In this document: piece after piece, positions 47,788 through 59,341 of the stretch | Numbering within the stretch: the first letter of the stretch is position 1 | Layout: each line of letters begins with the position of its first letter | Assembly (NCBI GenBank): GCA_964452045.1 | Contig: CAYVKM010000010.1 | Location: forward strand, 5,218-69,217 | From: an uncultured Calditrichaceae bacterium | Lineage (GTDB): Bacteria > Calditrichota > Calditrichia > RBG-13-44-9 | DNA: 64,000 nt | Direction: 5' to 3' | Position numbers and translations under genes: made by a program | Notes under the pieces: generated by a model | Told to the model about the DNA's origin: nothing | Databases searched by the model: none | What the model saw: the letters and a program-made list of their open reading frames with translations, nothing else

Positions 47788-50667
47788 ATGGAAATGGTCA
47801 AAAAAGCTTTCATAAATATTCGCGGTGCCAGGGAGCATAACCTCAGGAATATCGATCTGCAGATTCCCCGGGATAAGTTGGTGGTCGTCACCGGGTTATC
47901 CGGTTCGGGAAAATCGAGCTTGGCATTTGACACCATTTATGCGGAGGGCCAGCGGCGCTATGTGGAAAGCCTGAGCGCCTACGCCCGGCAATTTTTAGGT
48001 TTAATGGAAAAACCGGATGTAGATTATATCGATGGTTTGTCCCCGGCGATCTCTATTGAACAAAAGACTACCCACAAAAATCCTCGCTCAACCGTCGCCA
48101 CAGTTACCGAAATCTATGATTATATGCGCCTGTTGTTTGCCCGAATCGGACACCCGCACTGTTACAATTGCGGCCAGCCTATTGAAAGACAAACTCCGCA
48201 ACAAATTGTCGACGCGATCCTCTCTATGCCCGAAGGAACCCGCATCCAGATTCTTTCGCCGGTGGTGCGGGGGAGAAAGGGTGAATACCGGGACCTGATC
48301 CAGGAGTTTAGGCGGGAAGGATTTATCCGGGCACGGGTGGATGGGAAACTGGTAGAATTGGACCAGGACCTTAAACTTCAAAAGACCGTAAAGCACAACA
48401 TCGAGGTGGTGGTAGACCGGCTGAAAATCCGACCGGATATCCGCCAACGGTTGGCTGAATCGATCGAAGTTTCCCTGAAAATGGGAAGCGGGCTGGTGAT
48501 CATCGAAAATGTGGATAACGCAACCGAACAGCTTTTCAGCGAACAGTTTGCCTGTATGAATTGTGGCATCAGTTACGAGGAAATCGAACCTCGCATGTTC
48601 TCGTTTAATAGTCCCTATGGCGCCTGCCCCACCTGTGACGGATTAGGAACCAAACTGGAAATCGATCCGAGGCTGATCGTTCCAAATCCGAATCTTTCCA
48701 TCGATGCCGGGGCAATTGTTCCAATTGGTGAGAAGCGGAACAGCTGGTATTTTGAAATGATCGAGGCCCTGAGCCGGCAATACAACTTTAACCTGGCCGA
48801 ACCCTGGAAAGATCTACCGGAGAAAATCCAGCAACTGATCCTCTTCGGGACCACTGAAAAAGTGAAGTTTATTTTCTCCCGGGAAGAATCCCATTTTGAG
48901 TTTACCTCCAAATATGAAGGCGTGATCAACAATTTATACCGGCGCTACAAACAGACTGCTTCCCAATCCATCCGGGACTGGATCGAGGGATTCATGAATC
49001 AAATTCCCTGTCCGGATTGTCAGGGAACCCGATTGCGCAAAGAATCGCTGGGGGTGAAAATAAACGACCTTCATATCGCAAAGGTGGCTGCAAAAAACAT
49101 CAAAGATGCTATCCATTTTTACGATGGGCTAAAACTTAGTGCCAAAGAAGAGATTATTGCTCAGCAGATTTTAAAAGAAATCCAGGCACGGTTGAAATTT
49201 TTACAGGATGTAGGTCTGGAATATTTAACCCTGGACAGAACCGCCGGCACATTGTCCGGAGGTGAAGCCCAACGGATTCGCCTCGCCACCCAGATCGGTT
49301 CCCAGCTGGTGGGTGTGCTGTACATTCTGGATGAACCATCCATCGGACTACATCAGCGCGATAACCGGCGCCTAATCAATACCCTGCTCCGACTTCGGGA
49401 TCTTGGAAATACCGTTCTGGTGGTAGAACACGACCGGGAAACTATTGAAAGTGCCGATTATGTGATCGACCTTGGTCCGGGTGCCGGAAAGCATGGCGGC
49501 GACGTGGTGGCCACTGGCGCTCCATCTGAAATAAAAGCAGATAGTAAAAGTCTGACCGGTTTATATCTCAGTTATCAGAAGTACATTCCTATTCCGACGA
49601 AGCGACGGAACGGAAATGGCGATCACTTGCTGCTGAAGGGAGCCACCGGGAATAATCTGAAACACATCGATGTTAAATTTCCCCTGGGAAAATTCATCTG
49701 CGTCACCGGCGTATCCGGTTCGGGTAAAAGTACTCTGGTGAATGAAACGCTCTACCCGGTATTATCCCGCCATTTTTATAACAGCAAGATGATTCCCCTG
49801 CCTTATGAGGAAATTGAAGGGCTGGAGAAAATTGATAAAGTCATTGCCATCGATCAAAGTCCCATTGGCCGAACACCACGCTCCAATCCGGCAACCTATA
49901 CCGGACTGTTTACCCTGATCCGCGATCTGTTCGCCCAATTACCGGAATCCAAAATCCGCGGATACCGGCCGGGGCGTTTCTCCTTTAACGTGAAGGGAGG
50001 CCGGTGTGATGCCTGTGAGGGCGACGGGGTGAAAAAGATTGAGATGCACTTCCTGCCGGATGTCTATGTAACCTGCGAAGTCTGTAAAGGGAAACGCTAT
50101 AATCGGGAGACCCTGGAAATCCATTACCGGGGAAAATCCATTGCCGATGTGCTGGATATGACCGTAAGCGATGCCCTGGAATTTTTTGAAAAGATACCTT
50201 CCATCCGAAGAAAGCTGGAGACATTAAATGACGTGGGTTTGGGATATATTCATCTGGGACAACCGGCGACAACCCTCAGCGGAGGTGAGGCGCAACGGGT
50301 AAAACTCAGTACCGAATTAAGCCGGGTAAGCACCGGGAAGACTGTTTATATCCTGGATGAACCCACTACCGGATTGCATTTTGCCGACATCAGCATGTTG
50401 CTGAATGTGCTGAACAAGCTCACCGAAAAAGGAAATACCGTTATCGTTATTGAACATAACATGGATGTGATAAAAACAGCGGACTGGATTATCGATCTGG
50501 GTCCGGAGGGTGGCGACGAGGGAGGACAGATTATCAGCGAAGGAACGCCTGAGCAAATTTCCCGGCAGCCGGAATCACATACCGGGATTTATCTTAACAG
50601 GGAGCTGGAGAGTTGGAGAAGCCATATCCTGGATTCAAAGGAACAAGAGAAAGTTCTTCAGCCGTAG
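47788..50667 (+). CDS. uvrA: Excinuclease ABC subunit A
   Basis: Colinear with E. coli UvrA from [59 protein letters not shown]. Two ABC modules and zinc-finger Cys clusters. Start placed at the Met preceding VKKAF. Confidence 0.9.
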   Translation: MEMVKKAFINIRGAREHNLRNIDLQIPRDKLVVVTGLSGSGKSSLAFDTIYAEGQRRYVESLSAYARQFLGLMEKPDVDYIDGLSPAISIEQKTTHKNPRSTVATVTEIYDYMRLLFARIGHPHCYNCGQPIERQTPQQIVDAILSMPEGTRIQILSPVVRGRKGEYRDLIQEFRREGFIRARVDGKLVELDQDLKLQKTVKHNIEVVVDRLKIRPDIRQRLAESIEVSLKMGSGLVIIENVDNATEQLFSEQFACMNCGISYEEIEPRMFSFNSPYGACPTCDGLGTKLEIDPRLIVPNPNLSIDAGAIVPIGEKRNSWYFEMIEALSRQYNFNLAEPWKDLPEKIQQLILFGTTEKVKFIFSREESHFEFTSKYEGVINNLYRRYKQTASQSIRDWIEGFMNQIPCPDCQGTRLRKESLGVKINDLHIAKVAAKNIKDAIHFYDGLKLSAKEEIIAQQILKEIQARLKFLQDVGLEYLTLDRTAGTLSGGEAQRIRLATQIGSQLVGVLYILDEPSIGLHQRDNRRLINTLLRLRDLGNTVLVVEHDRETIESADYVIDLGPGAGKHGGDVVATGAPSEIKADSKSLTGLYLSYQKYIPIPTKRRNGNGDHLLLKGATGNNLKHIDVKFPLGKFICVTGVSGSGKSTLVNETLYPVLSRHFYNSKMIPLPYEEIEGLEKIDKVIAIDQSPIGRTPRSNPATYTGLFTLIRDLFAQLPESKIRGYRPGRFSFNVKGGRCDACEGDGVKKIEMHFLPDVYVTCEVCKGKRYNRETLEIHYRGKSIADVLDMTVSDALEFFEKIPSIRRKLETLNDVGLGYIHLGQPATTLSGGEAQRVKLSTELSRVSTGKTVYILDEPTTGLHFADISMLLNVLNKLTEKGNTVIVIEHNMDVIKTADWIIDLGPEGGDEGGQIISEGTPEQISRQPESHTGIYLNRELESWRSHILDSKEQEKVLQP

Positions 50668-50999
50668 TCTCCATAAATATAAAACACCTAAGAGGATTTC
50701 ATCCGACGGCATAACCAGGGCAATCCCGTCAGTGATGAAAGGTTTATAGCAAATTCGGTATTACCTATCCCCTGGAAAATCCGACAGAGGTGAGATATTT
50801 AAAACATTGCAAAATTCCCAGAGCCACAATAAACCCACATCCTGGGGTAACCTAATCACCAATCAAAATAAATTCCTGTTAAAAACAGAGTTTCGTAATT
50901 CCATTGCAATGCATCCACCCGGTCTCTAAATTTTATTGGTATTATTGACAAACAACTTTATGAGAACCTGAAAAATATCCACACCGGAATCAATGAAAA

Positions 51000-51884
51000 A
51001 TGGAACAGCATTCAAATCCATCCCCCTATGCAAAATTACCGGATATCCTTCTACTTTTCTCCCAGATGCTGATTACCGGAGTATACTGCACATTCTTTCT
51101 TACTACTTACCTCACCTTCGAGGATTCCTTCTTTCAACAACGCTTAAATTTTTATTATCATTCCCTGCTGTATATTTTTCTCACCGGTCTTATAATCTTT
51201 GCCCTGACGCTATTTTTCCTATTCCGAAATTCAGAAAAAGCGAAAGATGACACCAGCAATGAGCCGCCAAAATGGTTTAGTGGTTCCATGTTATATCTTT
51301 ATTTTCTCTTAGGACTTTTACTTCAAATCATTCTCTTTTTTCTCATCAATGGTTTTGAGCTGTTAAATTTTTTGATATTCTTGTTAGCTGTCAGTTCAAT
51401 TTTGGGTATCGCCCGCTCTTATTCGCTGAAAAGTAAGCCTGATTCCTGGAATCATCCCACCACCGCCGGCGGGATCATTGAGGGAACGATCTCCCTGGGG
51501 GCAATTACCGGGCTCTATGCCTTTGCCGGTACTGATCTCTCCCGGGTCTTCACCTGGATAATACTTATCATCCTGATTTTCGAAATCCTAACGCTTTGGG
51601 CTCGGTTTCGCTATTTAAGCCGCTGGAGTTATCTGACTCAGGAAACCCTGAAGATGCTATTGGGAAGTCATATTGCCCTGTTCGGGGTCCGGTTTATTTT
51701 TGGATTAATTATGCCTCTGGTCTATATCGTTTGGGTACTGTTCATTTCCAATCTATCCTTGCTTCCAATTATTTTGATGGTCTTTGTCGGAGAACTAAGT
51801 GAGCGAATACTCTTCTTTATCACGGTGGTGGATCAATCCCAAATAACAACCCAATCAAGGGAAAATGTATCAGAAAATATTTAA
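51000..51884 (+). CDS. Polytopic membrane protein of unknown function (about 8 TM)
   Basis: 294 aa, strongly hydrophobic throughout. No motif I can assign. Confidence 0.4.
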   Translation: MEQHSNPSPYAKLPDILLLFSQMLITGVYCTFFLTTYLTFEDSFFQQRLNFYYHSLLYIFLTGLIIFALTLFFLFRNSEKAKDDTSNEPPKWFSGSMLYLYFLLGLLLQIILFFLINGFELLNFLIFLLAVSSILGIARSYSLKSKPDSWNHPTTAGGIIEGTISLGAITGLYAFAGTDLSRVFTWIILIILIFEILTLWARFRYLSRWSYLTQETLKMLLGSHIALFGVRFIFGLIMPLVYIVWVLFISNLSLLPIILMVFVGELSERILFFITVVDQSQITTQSRENVSENI

Positions 51885-51898
51885 GGAGAACAAGAATA

Positions 51899-52447
51899 AT
51901 GATTGCCAAAGAATCTGATAAAGTGATCCGACAGTTTTTAAAAAATATCCGGGTTTACTGGCAAGTTGTCTTTTTGGTGGGTATCCTGTGTTACGGATTA
52001 TCGCTTCTCTACCGCCTGGATACACATACCGCTGTTAGAACCTTGCCCTATTTAAAAATCCTGAATATTATTACTTTCCTGGTGGCGATTACTTTGGCTA
52101 TCTCTATTTTTCATCAAAAAAGAAAATATTTTCATCTGCGTGCTTTCAGATTGATGATAGAAGATATTTGCAAAAAAGAACCGGAGTTTCAGGAAAAACA
52201 GGTTATTCGTCAGCTTACCCGGGAAATCGGTGCCCGGCTTAAGAAGGTATGGCTGATGGGTGGTGCCTTGATTCTGGTGGGAGTCGCCTATTACTGGATC
52301 ACTTATGATGCCTGGGATATGCACGTTTATTTTATTGTTGGACTCTATTCTCTGGCAATTAATTATCCCCGCAAGGATCTGTTTCTGGATATTCCCTATC
52401 TGGTGCATGAAAGTCTGAAACAGGATGACTCTGATGATAAGCCTTAA
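51899..52447 (+). CDS. Membrane protein of unknown function (about 4 TM)
   Basis: GGAGA RBS, 182 aa, 15-nt gap from the upstream membrane gene. Confidence 0.4.
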   Translation: MIAKESDKVIRQFLKNIRVYWQVVFLVGILCYGLSLLYRLDTHTAVRTLPYLKILNIITFLVAITLAISIFHQKRKYFHLRAFRLMIEDICKKEPEFQEKQVIRQLTREIGARLKKVWLMGGALILVGVAYYWITYDAWDMHVYFIVGLYSLAINYPRKDLFLDIPYLVHESLKQDDSDDKP

Positions 52448-52597
52448 AGCAGTCTGTTTGCTGACAAAAACAGGTACTTTTTTGAAAGTCGGGCCAAAAA
52501 ATCGGAGAGACGAAAATTCAAAATCAGTTTCAAAATTGCCTTTTATTTTATAATATTATTTGACTGTGTTACTTAAAAGAACAATACTGGAGAAAAT

Positions 52598-53155
52598 ATG
52601 ATCGGAAGAAATATTGCCGGAGATAATCCGCAAATTGCCAGTTCTTCCTTTATTCACCCAACCGCGGTTGTTCAGGGAAATGTAATTATCGAGGAAAATT
52701 GTTTTGTCGGACCATTAGCGATTATCCGGGCAGATGAGCAGGACCAGGATGGTCTGGTGGAACCCATTGTGATAAAGAATAACTGTAATATTCAGGATGG
52801 CGTTATCATCCATTCGGCCAAAGGAAAATCGGTTCATATTGGTCCTTACGTTTCCGTTACTCATGGCGCCATTGTCCACGGACCCTGTACCATCGAATCC
52901 GGCTGCCTGATTGGTTTTAATGCGGTTGTTTACAATGCTTTCCTGGAAAAAGACGTGGTTGTTTTGCACAACGCAGTTGTGGAGATGGTCACCATCCCCT
53001 CCCGAAAAGTGGTACCGGCCAATGGGACGATTATTTATCCGGAAGATTTCTCCCAGTTACAGGAATACACACCCGCCATCGAAAATTTTTGTAAAAAAGT
53101 GATTAACACTTACCAGCAGCTTACTTATGGGTATTTGGTTAATTCAAAAATCTAG
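52598..53155 (+). CDS. Left-handed beta-helix protein, gamma-carbonic anhydrase/isoleucine-patch acyltransferase-like
   Basis: Hexapeptide-repeat periodicity with His residues positioned as in gamma-CA (IIHSAKG, VTHGAIVHGP). GGAGA RBS. Confidence 0.5.
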   Translation: MIGRNIAGDNPQIASSSFIHPTAVVQGNVIIEENCFVGPLAIIRADEQDQDGLVEPIVIKNNCNIQDGVIIHSAKGKSVHIGPYVSVTHGAIVHGPCTIESGCLIGFNAVVYNAFLEKDVVVLHNAVVEMVTIPSRKVVPANGTIIYPEDFSQLQEYTPAIENFCKKVINTYQQLTYGYLVNSKI

Positions 53156-53336
53156 TTGTTTAAGTTTTCAATGAACCATAAAAATTTGTCTTTGATTCCA
53201 CTTTGATTTAGGTTTTAGTATTGATCTTTATTCATTAAGAACCCACCCAATTCAATTTTTTTCTTCACTTGCAAATCTAATTTTACCATCTTAAAATTTT
53301 AGTGAAGCATAAAATATAGAGGTTGCGCTGTAATCT

Positions 53337-54131
53337 ATGTGTCGATTTTTGGTATACTGGGGAAAAAGGCCCCAGAATTTATCCAGATGGATTCTAGACG
53401 AGGAAAACAGTCTTTTTAAACAGAGTCAGAACGATTGCACCAACCGCCCAAATCCGCATGGCTGGGGATTTGCCTATCAGAACGGAGGAGAAATCAAGCT
53501 GATAAAAAATGCCAAACCAGCCTTTGAGGACCAGGAATATTTCCCAATTGCCAAAGAAATCCACAGTAATCTCCTTTTTGCCCACGTCCGGCGGAAATCC
53601 CAGGGAGTGGTCAGTTACGAAAATACCCATCCTTTTGTACAGGACCGGTGGATGTTTATGCATAACGGAAATGTGCCGGATTTTAACCAGTCGAAAACCG
53701 AAATATTGAACAATTTACCAAAAGATTGCAAGATCCAAACTTTGGGCTCCACCGACAGTGAATTTCTTTTTAACTATTTTCTGTGCCGAATGAAGAAAGA
53801 TCAGATGAGCAGCCTGGAGGACGCCCTAAATATTATTTATACCATCATCTGCCAGCTGGTTGAAATGACCCCCGTGGATGAACAAAACCAGCTTGCACTG
53901 AATTTCATGCTCACCAACGGGGATTTTCTTATCGGCTTCCGACGAAACCGGACGCTCTATTACCGGATAACTGAAAATGACACGATTATTTCTTCAGAAA
54001 AATTAGATTCAATGAATCACTGGAACGAGGTACCGGAAAACCATTTTATCATTGCCAGCAAACCCGGTCAGGTCGAGCTTGCATCCAAAGATATTGCACT
54101 GACCAAACTGGAATATCATCACACCTGTTGA
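53337..54131 (+). CDS. Class II glutamine amidotransferase (GATase) domain protein (YafJ-type Ntn hydrolase)
   Basis: Met-Cys start (MCRFLVYWG), HGWGFAY and ENTHPF motifs colinear with E. coli YafJ. Confidence 0.7.
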   Translation: MCRFLVYWGKRPQNLSRWILDEENSLFKQSQNDCTNRPNPHGWGFAYQNGGEIKLIKNAKPAFEDQEYFPIAKEIHSNLLFAHVRRKSQGVVSYENTHPFVQDRWMFMHNGNVPDFNQSKTEILNNLPKDCKIQTLGSTDSEFLFNYFLCRMKKDQMSSLEDALNIIYTIICQLVEMTPVDEQNQLALNFMLTNGDFLIGFRRNRTLYYRITENDTIISSEKLDSMNHWNEVPENHFIIASKPGQVELASKDIALTKLEYHHTC

Positions 54132-54209
54132 ATTTAAAATTTTATTCAAGCAGAGAATGTTTTATTACCTCTAGTACTTTAAGTAAAGAGTGAAACCCGA
54201 ATCATTTCT

Positions 54210-54938
54210 ATGCCAGAAAAACAAAAAATTGATATATTAGCCTTTGGCCCTCACCCGGATGATGTGGAGCTGGGCTGCGGCGGTACTCTGTATAAATTGA
54301 AAAATTTGGGATATTCTACCGGAATCATTGATCTCACCGAAGGGGAATTAGGCAGCCGGGGAACAGTAAAACAGCGTTATAAAGAATCTGCGCAAGCTTC
54401 CAAAATCCTGAAAATTGATTACCGGGAAAATGTAAAATTACCCGATGGTGGAATTGATCCCTCCCCGGAAAACCGGGCAAAGATTATTCGGATAATCCGT
54501 GAACACAAACCCATAATCATATTTGCTCCATATCTGGATGACCGCCATCCGGATCATGTCCACGCCAGTCGTTTGATAACGGAGAGCTGGTTTTTTGCAG
54601 GAGTAAAAAAAGTGATGCCGGAACTAAAACCGCATCGCCCCTACCGGATAATTTATTATATGGCGAAATATGAATTTCAGCCGAGCTTTGTAATTGATAT
54701 CAGCCAGGAATTTGACAAAAAACTTCAGGCATTAAAAGCTTACCAGTCTCAGTTTTATAACCCGGAATGGCCGGAGCAACAGACCTTTATTTCTTCACGC
54801 TGGTTTATCGAATCGGTTGAATTCCGGGCCAGGCACTTCGGTTGGATGGCCGGGGTAAAATATGGCGAACCTTTTTGGATCAAAGAAACATTGGCAATAG
54901 ATGATCCGGTACCGATTTTCTCGCGGAATATTGTTTGA
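54210..54938 (+). CDS. PIG-L/LmbE family N-acetylglucosaminyl deacetylase, BshB1-like
   Basis: DILAFGPHPDDVELGCGGT, DDRHPDHVH, FVIDIS, KAYQSQF are all hallmark PIG-L motifs. The overall pattern resembles bacillithiol deacetylase BshB1. Confidence 0.6.
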   Translation: MPEKQKIDILAFGPHPDDVELGCGGTLYKLKNLGYSTGIIDLTEGELGSRGTVKQRYKESAQASKILKIDYRENVKLPDGGIDPSPENRAKIIRIIREHKPIIIFAPYLDDRHPDHVHASRLITESWFFAGVKKVMPELKPHRPYRIIYYMAKYEFQPSFVIDISQEFDKKLQALKAYQSQFYNPEWPEQQTFISSRWFIESVEFRARHFGWMAGVKYGEPFWIKETLAIDDPVPIFSRNIV

Positions 54939-54996
54939 TATCTAATAAATTCATCCTTCCCAACATCCTAATAAAATACTACCGGAATAGCGTTTT

Positions 54997-57147
54997 CTAT
55001 TTCGTTTTCATACTATAAACACCATCCCAGTCGCTTGCCGGCGGATTATTCTTAAACTCCTGGCATCTCTGTAAATACAATTTTGAGGGTCCATCATTGG
55101 TGTCCATCTGCAGGGCTTTTGCAAAATCGGAAATGGCCTGATCCCAATCCCGCAAAAGATAGTTCTTGAATCCTCGCTTATATTCCAAAATCATTTCATT
55201 GGATTGTCCGGAAGTTTTGTCGTCTTTAAATCCGAGAAGTTCATATATCCGTACCGGTTTATTCTTACCCTTAACCCGGATCAGATCCAACGGGCGGGTA
55301 ATAAACTTCTCCTGGACCCGGTCATAGGTATTTTCCCCAATGATAATTCGAGTTCCATAGACTTTATTTACACTCTCCAGCCGGGAAGCCAGGTTCACGG
55401 CATCGCCCAATACCGTATAATTGAACCGGGTTTCGGAGCCCATATTTCCGGCAACCATCTCACCGGAGTTTATACCGATCCGGGTAGGAAGTTCGGGGCG
55501 CCCGGTTTTTTGCCAGTAGGTGTGCAGCTGCTGTGACTGAAATTGCATTTGAAGGGCAGCAGTACAGGCCAGTTCTGCGTTATTCTCCATCTCGATCGGG
55601 GCACCAAAAACGGCCATCACTGCATCGCCCTCATATTTATCCAGCAGACCTTTATTTTGAATGATAACATTGGTCATGGAAGTAAAATAATCGTTCAGCA
55701 GGGTAACAAGCTTTTCAGGTTCCATCTGCTCAGAAAGCGTGGTGAATCCGACAATATCCGAAAATAGTACTGTGCAGGATTTCCGCTCCCCACCTAATTT
55801 CACTTTCTCCGGATTCTTCAGCATTACATCCACCACAGACGGTGAAACATAATGGGAGAAAATTTTTCGGATCTGTCGTTTATCCTTTTCTTCAAACAAA
55901 TACCGATACATATAGGTGATGGCAAAAGTAATGATAATGATAAACACCGGGGCAATAAAGGGAGTCCAGTAATAAAAATTCTGAAGGGTAAGTTGAGCCA
56001 TTAAAATAGTCAGAAAAATAAGGAAGATGGAGGTAACAATACTGCCCACCGGTCGCGGAAAAATGAGGATCACTCCAATGATGAGACCAAAAATGAGAAG
56101 GTATAGAAATACTTGCCAACCGGAGAGTTGATAGATAAAAGTTTGATGGAGAATTTGATAAATTACATTGGCATTGACCTCCACCCCCGGGAAAGCCGGC
56201 TGAAGGGGTGTCGTGCGCAAATCATAAAATCCGGGAAGGGATGACCCAACCAAAACAATCTTCCCTATGAAAAATTCTGCCGGTAGAAATCCCATTATGG
56301 CATCGTAAAAGGAAACATATCGGAAGGACTTAAATCCGCCGATATAATAAATCAGCATCTGGCCATGTTTATCAATTGGTATTTTATATTCCTTTCCTTC
56401 ACGATTGACCAGGTGCAGTTTATCGGAGGCATCATCGTAATCCACCTTGGTTATTCCCAAATGATTCAGGGCAATCTGGGCTGAAAAGGCACCATATACA
56501 TTTTCATTAAAACGCATAAAAACCGGGATCCGGCGTAGCACGCCATCCGGATCCGGGAATAGATTGACATAACCGGCGGTAAAACCGGCATTCAGGAAAC
56601 TGGCATCTTCCGGTTCAATCCGTTCTTCCGGGATGAGGATGTCGTAGAGACTTTTCGGCACCTGATAAATAAATCGCTGATATTCCAGATCCGATGGTTC
56701 CCGGGCCATTAACGGTCGGAAATTATCGGGATCTGCCTGGGACAGATAGAGTGCATTGCAAATCATGCCGGCATCTCGCATGGCCTGCTGAAATTCATTT
56801 TCTTCCGCAGGATGGCGAAGATCCGGATCGAAAATAAAATCCAGACCGATCATAGATACCCCTGTTTCGGAGAGAAAGTTAATTAACTTGGTCCATCGTT
56901 CCCGTGGCCAGTGGTAATAACTCCCCAGCTTTTGCACACTCCGCTCATCGACATCCACGATAACAATTTCATCAATTGGATTTTCCGGGGGAGTTACAGC
57001 CCGGCGCATCCGCCAATCGTAGGTCTGCGCTTCAATTCGAAAAAAGAAAGGTTTAAATACCATTTCGGAGAGCAGCCAAACCAGTATTCCCGTAGAAATA
57101 CCAATAATAACGCCTGCAAGTAATTTTTTCCAAAAGCTCTGTTTCAT
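54997..57147 (-). CDS. CHASE2 sensor domain-containing class III adenylate/guanylate cyclase
   Basis: N-terminal TM, about 300 aa periplasmic region, 3 TM, then a cyclase catalytic domain (CTVLFSDIVGFTTLSE...YEGDAVMAVFGAP) and a C-terminal about 120-aa TPR-like tail. GGAGA RBS. Confidence 0.75.
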   Translation of the reverse strand: MKQSFWKKLLAGVIIGISTGILVWLLSEMVFKPFFFRIEAQTYDWRMRRAVTPPENPIDEIVIVDVDERSVQKLGSYYHWPRERWTKLINFLSETGVSMIGLDFIFDPDLRHPAEENEFQQAMRDAGMICNALYLSQADPDNFRPLMAREPSDLEYQRFIYQVPKSLYDILIPEERIEPEDASFLNAGFTAGYVNLFPDPDGVLRRIPVFMRFNENVYGAFSAQIALNHLGITKVDYDDASDKLHLVNREGKEYKIPIDKHGQMLIYYIGGFKSFRYVSFYDAIMGFLPAEFFIGKIVLVGSSLPGFYDLRTTPLQPAFPGVEVNANVIYQILHQTFIYQLSGWQVFLYLLIFGLIIGVILIFPRPVGSIVTSIFLIFLTILMAQLTLQNFYYWTPFIAPVFIIIITFAITYMYRYLFEEKDKRQIRKIFSHYVSPSVVDVMLKNPEKVKLGGERKSCTVLFSDIVGFTTLSEQMEPEKLVTLLNDYFTSMTNVIIQNKGLLDKYEGDAVMAVFGAPIEMENNAELACTAALQMQFQSQQLHTYWQKTGRPELPTRIGINSGEMVAGNMGSETRFNYTVLGDAVNLASRLESVNKVYGTRIIIGENTYDRVQEKFITRPLDLIRVKGKNKPVRIYELLGFKDDKTSGQSNEMILEYKRGFKNYLLRDWDQAISDFAKALQMDTNDGPSKLYLQRCQEFKNNPPASDWDGVYSMKTK

Positions 57148-57238
57148 AACCATCTCCGGTTTTAAGATTTATCCTAGCTGTGGAGAAGCTTCACTATTTT
57201 CAGCCGAGATTTTTATTACACACAGATGTTCTTTATTG

Positions 57239-58366
57239 TCAGTTAAAATTATCGATGGTTTGAAGAAGAATGTTTAAATCTTCAGTATTATTATAAAAGT
57301 GCGGCGATACCCTGATCTTTCCCTCTCGCAGCGAAACAGAGACCTGATTCTTTTTCAGGTATTCAAATAAAGATTCCGCCTGGCTATGATAAAAAGTGAC
57401 TATGCCGGATAAATGATTTTCGTCGGTATCGGTATAAAGTTTAATATCTCTTAATTTCAACTCATTCATTAAATATTTCGTATTTCTGAGAACCTTTTGT
57501 TCAATTTCCTCCGGTCCGATTTCCAACATCATTTCTATGGTGGGAATCGCACCCATGATCCCCATGGTGTTGAAGACGCCCGCCTCAAAACGCTGGGCAT
57601 TTTGGGCAAAGGGTTGTTGATAATTAAAAAAATCGAAGGGGACTTCCAGGCTCATCCACCCTGCCTGTGCCGGATAGACCTGTTCAAATATTCTGGGAGA
57701 GATATAGATAAAACCCAGACCGGCCGGCCACATCAGCCATTTATGACCACCGGTAGATAAAAAATCGATCTTCCATTTTTGTACGTCAATTTTCAACGCA
57801 CCTGTTCCCTGAATCGCATCCACACAGAAGATAATATCATGTTCCCGGCAGATTTTACCCAGCACTTCCATTTCATTCCGAAAACCATTCATGAATTCAA
57901 CAAAGCTGATAGAAAGAATACGAGTACTGGTGTTAATTTTTTCCATAATATTGTCCAGATGGATGATACCATCTTGATGGTGGACAAAATCAATCTCCAC
58001 CCCATGCCTGCGCAGATTAGTAAACGGGATCACATTGGACGGAAATTCAAAATCGTTTAATAAAATCCGATCTCCCTTTTGCCAATCCAGGCCAAGAGCC
58101 AGCACATTCAAACCTGCAGAGGTATTTGGTACCAGGGCAATACTATCGCTCTCAGCATTGATCAGTCTGGCAATCAGCTTCAGGAAACGTGATTTCTGAT
58201 CCAAAGCGTCGGGCCAGAATTCAATATTCTTACCGTGACGGAGATCCAGAAAATCCTGAATCGCCAATTTAGCTCCGAGATTCATTGGGGAAATAGCAGC
58301 ATGATTCAGATATATATGTTGGGCTATATGGGGAAATAAAGATCTATATTTGTGCCAGTCAATCAT
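57239..58366 (-). CDS. Class V aminotransferase-fold PLP enzyme (cysteine desulfurase/selenocysteine lyase-like)
   Basis: 375 aa with a PLP-Lys in GGHKWLMWPAGLGFIYISP. GAGGA RBS. Confidence 0.65.
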   Translation of the reverse strand: MIDWHKYRSLFPHIAQHIYLNHAAISPMNLGAKLAIQDFLDLRHGKNIEFWPDALDQKSRFLKLIARLINAESDSIALVPNTSAGLNVLALGLDWQKGDRILLNDFEFPSNVIPFTNLRRHGVEIDFVHHQDGIIHLDNIMEKINTSTRILSISFVEFMNGFRNEMEVLGKICREHDIIFCVDAIQGTGALKIDVQKWKIDFLSTGGHKWLMWPAGLGFIYISPRIFEQVYPAQAGWMSLEVPFDFFNYQQPFAQNAQRFEAGVFNTMGIMGAIPTIEMMLEIGPEEIEQKVLRNTKYLMNELKLRDIKLYTDTDENHLSGIVTFYHSQAESLFEYLKKNQVSVSLREGKIRVSPHFYNNTEDLNILLQTIDNFN

Positions 58367-58662
58367 TGATAATTTCCTCGGTAAAAGTTTTGTGACATAA
58401 CATTTTTGGAAGTGAAAAAATGAGCAGCAGGATATTCATAAAATGAACGAATTTATTGTAAGTCCAAAAGACAGTTATACAAAAATAAACCATTTTGATA
58501 ATTAACGCAAATCAAAAGCATTCTCGCTAGTTTATTAAAAACGTTTCACCATATTAAAATATTTTAAAGGAATTTTTTTAATAAATACTGTCAAAAATGA
58601 GATTAGAACTTTTGGATATTTTAGCGTTGTTCTTTAAATTTAGCTTAACCAAAAAAGGATTT

Positions 58663-59307
58663 ACCAGTATGAATAAAAAGAGAATCACCCAGACAGTTCT
58701 CCCCGAATTAATAAAATTATATCTCAAGGCACCCCTGGCATTAGAATACAAAAATGGTTTTCAACTGCTGGTTGCAGTTATTCTTTCCGCACAATGCACT
58801 GATGAAAGAGTCAATAAAGTGACCAAGGATTTATTTAAAAAATATAAATCTCCGCAAGATTTTATTGATGCAGATGATGAGGAGTTGCAAAATGATATCC
58901 GTCCGACCGGTTTTTATCGGAACAAGGCGAAAAGTCTGAAAGCCTGTTGCGAGAAACTTGTCGAAAAATTCAAAGGTGAAGTACCAAAAAATATAGAAGA
59001 TTTAACCAGTTTGCCCGGTGTGGGTCGTAAAACAGCTGCAATGGTACTGGGAAATGCATTTGAAATAAATGAGGGGATTGCGGTTGATACTCACGTAAAA
59101 CGGGTCGTTGAAAGATTAGATCTTTCAGAGGAAAAAAATGGGGATAAAATGGAAAAGGACTTAATGAAGTCAGTGCCTCAGAAAGAATGGACCTATTTCA
59201 GTAATGCCATGATTCTCTTTGGCCGAAATACTTGCCAGGCAAAAAAACCAAAATGCAGTGAATGTCCTTTTAGAAAATGGTGCCCTTCACCGGATAATAC
59301 AATTTGA
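58663..59307 (+). CDS. nth: Endonuclease III (DNA glycosylase/AP lyase)
   Basis: Colinear with E. coli Nth. The HhH-GPD motif LPGVGRKTAAMVLGNAF and a C-terminal 4Fe-4S cluster C-x6-C-x2-C-x5-C. The track ORF begins at 58597; the E. coli-aligned start is 58663. Confidence 0.85.
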   Translation, partial: TSMNKKRITQTVLPELIKLYLKAPLALEYKNGFQLLVAVILSAQCTDERVNKVTKDLFKKYKSPQDFIDADDEELQNDIRPTGFYRNKAKSLKACCEKLVEKFKGEVPKNIEDLTSLPGVGRKTAAMVLGNAFEINEGIAVDTHVKRVVERLDLSEEKNGDKMEKDLMKSVPQKEWTYFSNAMILFGRNTCQAKKPKCSECPFRKWCPSPDNTI

Positions 59308-59341
59308 ACTGGAAGTTGATAGTCCATAACATGAGAACCGA

